64,000 bases of DNA from Polyangiales bacterium (lineage in GTDB: Bacteria; Myxococcota_A; Polyangia; Polyangiales; Ga0077539). The stretch covers positions 448,001 through 512,000 of the forward strand of contig JBGARZ010000002.1 of assembly GCA_044229975.1 (NCBI GenBank). Reading direction: 5' to 3'. Below are positions 63,162 to 64,000 of this stretch, one piece after another. Position 1 is the first letter of the stretch, and the number at the start of each line of letters is the position of its first letter. The translations under genes were made by a program, and so were the position numbers. The notes below the pieces were generated by a model that worked only from the letters and a program-made list of their open reading frames with translations, was not told the origin of the DNA and searched no databases.

Positions 63162-63680
63162 TTACCGGGGGACGCAGCGAGAGAGCGCGAGGTCGCAGCG
63201 CGAGGCCACCGCCTCCCGCATGCACTCGCGATCGTTGAGGCAGGGGGTCCCGGGGCGCTCCTCCATGGGCCCGGCGTCGATGCCCTTCGCCGCGTCGGCC
63301 GGGGCGATGTCGATGCCCACGAGCGCAGCCTCGGCCCGCGGGATGTCGAGCGGCCGCGCCTCGGAGTCATCGGTCATGCGGGCGTCCATCGCCGGAACAC
63401 CCGCGTCTCCGTCGACGACGACATCGACCGTGGGCAGCACATCGGGCACCGGACGCACGTCGGGCGCAGCACCGACGTCCGTCGGAGTGAACACATCGGT
63501 CGGAGTGAAGACCTCCTCGACCGCGGCGGCGTCATCGCTCGCATCGCGGTTGATACCCACCAGCGCGGTCAACGAACACCCGCCCGCAGCCCAGACGCTC
63601 AACGCCACCGCGACCCATCGTGCTCGTGGTCTTGTGCTGCGTGCTCCGCCCACGACGGAGGCCGTAGCCCGGCCCGACAT
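63162..63680 (-). CDS. Hypothetical lipoprotein-like protein (Asp/Val/Pro-rich linker, C-terminal Cys cluster)
   Basis: WAAGGC lipobox-like; VFTPTD tandem duplication; C..DREC......RC......C. Confidence 0.55.
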   Translation of the reverse strand: MSGRATASVVGGARSTRPRARWVAVALSVWAAGGCSLTALVGINRDASDDAAAVEEVFTPTDVFTPTDVGAAPDVRPVPDVLPTVDVVVDGDAGVPAMDARMTDDSEARPLDIPRAEAALVGIDIAPADAAKGIDAGPMEERPGTPCLNDRECMREAVASRCDLALSRCVPR

Positions 63681-63699
63681 CGATGTCCACCGACACGCG

Positions 63700-64000
63700 T
63701 CAGGGCCCGCGCAGCGCCGCCTCGACCGAGTCTCGCAGGGACGAGCCGGGGTACCGACGAAGGAAGCGCTCGGCCGTGCGCCGCGCCTCGTCTTCGCGGT
63801 GCAGCGCCATCAGGCAGCGCACCTTCAACGCCTCGCGCTCGGGCACGAGCTGACCGTGCGGGTGACGGCGCGCATGGCGGTGCAGGGCCTCCAATGCAGC
63901 CTCGGGCTGACCCGCGCGGAGTGAGCTGCGAGCGAGCTCCAGGGTCGCCTGCTCGGACGCCAGGTCGTCCTCGTCGGGCTCCTCGGCGCGCTCTCGCGGC
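63700..64000 (-). CDS. C-terminal TPR-like domain of a protein truncated by the window edge
   Basis: LASEQATLELARSSLRAG...HARRHPHGQLVPEREAL...FLRRYPGS; pattern common in Polyangiales proteins next to ECF sigma factors. Confidence 0.7.
   Translation of the reverse strand, partial: PRERAEEPDEDDLASEQATLELARSSLRAGQPEAALEALHRHARRHPHGQLVPEREALKVRCLMALHREDEARRTAERFLRRYPGSSLRDSVEAALRGP

Overview
High-GC chromosomal window. Gene content (Ser/Thr kinase-sigma54 activator fusion, giant TPR proteins, DUF4388 regulator, TSP3-OmpA protein, many Pro/Cys-rich lipoproteins) suggests a myxobacterium, probably Polyangiales-like; this is an inference. Housekeeping loci: glnB-glnA, psd, truD, rnr, pyrR-pyrB, rpsP-khpA-rimM-trmD, nhaA, rlpA, and a single-chain xanthine dehydrogenase. 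I saw no rRNA, tRNA, CRISPR array, transposase or integrase. The most striking signal is a stand-alone, divergent EF-Tu paralogue (54906-56081, minus strand). Its unannotated 270-nt leader holds a sigma70-type promoter, a near-leaderless 34-codon uORF rich in TCA/CGA/AGG codons, mutually exclusive 1:2, 2:3 and 3:4 hairpins, and an intrinsic terminator. Together these look like a ribosome-stalling attenuator that switches on a backup, possibly elfamycin-resistant, EF-Tu. Other notable items are an orphan 3' half of a ferredoxin gene, a DTW (TapT) protein fused to a degenerate DEDD-exonuclease-like domain, and a UshA-like/multiheme cytochrome fusion. All family calls come from motifs recognised by eye; no database searches or folding programs were run.
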